From Leucoraja ocellata (taxonomy: Eukaryota): 64,000 nt of DNA. Below, one piece after another: positions 62,805-64,000 of this stretch. The notes beneath the pieces were generated by a model. It was not told where the DNA came from. It was given only the letters and a program-made list of their open reading frames with translations, and did not search any database. Where the stretch lies: NCBI GenBank assembly GCA_036785375.1, contig JAWMAR010000008.1, positions 6,200,001 to 6,264,000 on the forward strand, read 5' to 3'. Each line of letters starts with the position of its first letter. Within the stretch, counting starts at the first letter, position 1. The translations under genes and the position numbers were made by a program.

Positions 62805-63004
62805 CCAAAATTCTGGGTGCTTCAGTTTCCTCCCACATCCCAAAGATGTGTGGGTTTGTAGGCCTCTCTAAATTGCCGCTAATGTGTAGGGCATGGGATA
62901 ACATAGAACTAATGTGAATGGGTGATCGATGGTCGGCGTGGACATGGTAGTCTGAAGGGTCTGTTTCATGCTATACCTATCAATCTTTCAATCAATCAAT
63001 CAAT
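62805..63004 (+). mobile_element. 3' half of an HE1/V-SINE with (TCAA)n tail
   Basis: GTTTCCTCCCACATCCCAAAGATGTG...CTGAAGGGTCTGTTTCATGCT. Confidence 0.7.
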
Positions 63005-64000
63005 TTGATCACATTACATTTCTTTTCTTTCTCATATCATGCAGTTGTATTTAGGCTTGCTACAGTCACCCTCTAGATCATTGAGTGTTTTCTCATTTGG
63101 GGTATTGGCCTCCATTCATACAGATAACCACAGGTAAGACAGCAAGGGCAGATCATCTACAGATGATCAATTAATGGGTAGAGGTGAACTTCCATCTCCC
63201 TGGCTCTCGTTCCCTTTGTAACACATTTTTTACATTCACTGCCAGATGGCCAGTACCCTGTGTCTAACACAATGCTACTATTTAACTCGCTGCCTGTTCT
63301 CTCACACCAATGCACTCTCCTGTTTATCCATCCTCTATATGGCATAGTACTGTTTTCTCTGCCACCTGCTCTCTATCACGACGCACGTGGCTGGGGCAGA
63401 GGAATAGGGAAATACCTTGCCACACTTGCCAACAAAAACAGTACTGTTGCCAGAGTAGTAAGATGCCTTTTGGCACAGATTGCCAGCAGCTGTACGAAGG
63501 GACATCTGTCCTGAACCGATGTAGTCCAATTCAGCTGTTCTATTGCAGCTCCTTGGCTTCTCTTTGATCTTCACCATGCAAGGTCCATCAGTTTTAATTG
63601 ATGTGATGGGTTTTGGAACTGAATCTTCTGCAATAGCATGGATACTCAAAATCAGCTCCAGAGGGGAAGATGTAGCAGAAGGTGCCATCACAGTTCAAAT
63701 ACTCAGCACCTACAAAGCAATATAGCAGTTCTGATAACATCAAATGTACTTTTGTGCATTGTGGGCTTGCACTCAACTAAAATGTGACAATTAAGCTTTA
63801 GAGATAAATGTGGGATTAAAAAGCGAGTTAATAAATAGGTTTTAGCCTTAAAGGAAGAGAGAGAGGCAGAAAGTAGAAATGGGAATAATATGTTAAACAC
63901 AGAGCACGAAGCTGATATTTACAATTGATTTAATTCAATAAATTTAATATCCAACTTCAGAATGTGATGTAATAATTTTTTATATTTATTGTTAATTCCA

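Noticed and set aside
63335-63691. 118-aa minus-strand ORF
   Set aside because: No recognisable motifs or supporting exons.
9600-64000. Neighbouring genes such as CC chemokines or LIG3, expected from mammalian synteny
   Set aside because: I found no matching exons by eye; small exons could have been missed.

Overview
Eukaryotic, AT-rich, CpG-depleted vertebrate DNA. The repeat content (HE1/V-SINEs, HER1/CR1 LINEs, Rex1/Babar, Penelope) points to a cartilaginous fish, probably a skate or ray (inference). The only host coding sequence I can support is the terminal exon of TMEM132E (+, 3248-4456), followed by a long 3' UTR and about 55 kb of gene-poor, transposon-rich DNA. Elements with clear ends: a 2.1-kb Tigger/pogo-like non-autonomous element (24-bp TIR, TA TSD) with a duplicated, hairpin-rich, tRNA-bearing interior; a full-length defective IR/DR Tc1 plus a partial second copy; four PIF/Harbinger-type MITEs sharing termini; a 162-bp solo LTR; a young teleost-AFC-like SINE; and a Helitron-like 5' end carrying a TATA/Inr/splice-donor cassette. 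The most striking recurring signal is a dozen or so short, often palindromic Penelope-type terminal units built around a minimal hammerhead-ribozyme core, many starting at that core. Family assignments come from motifs I recognise, not from database searches, and boundaries of degraded LINE fragments are approximate.
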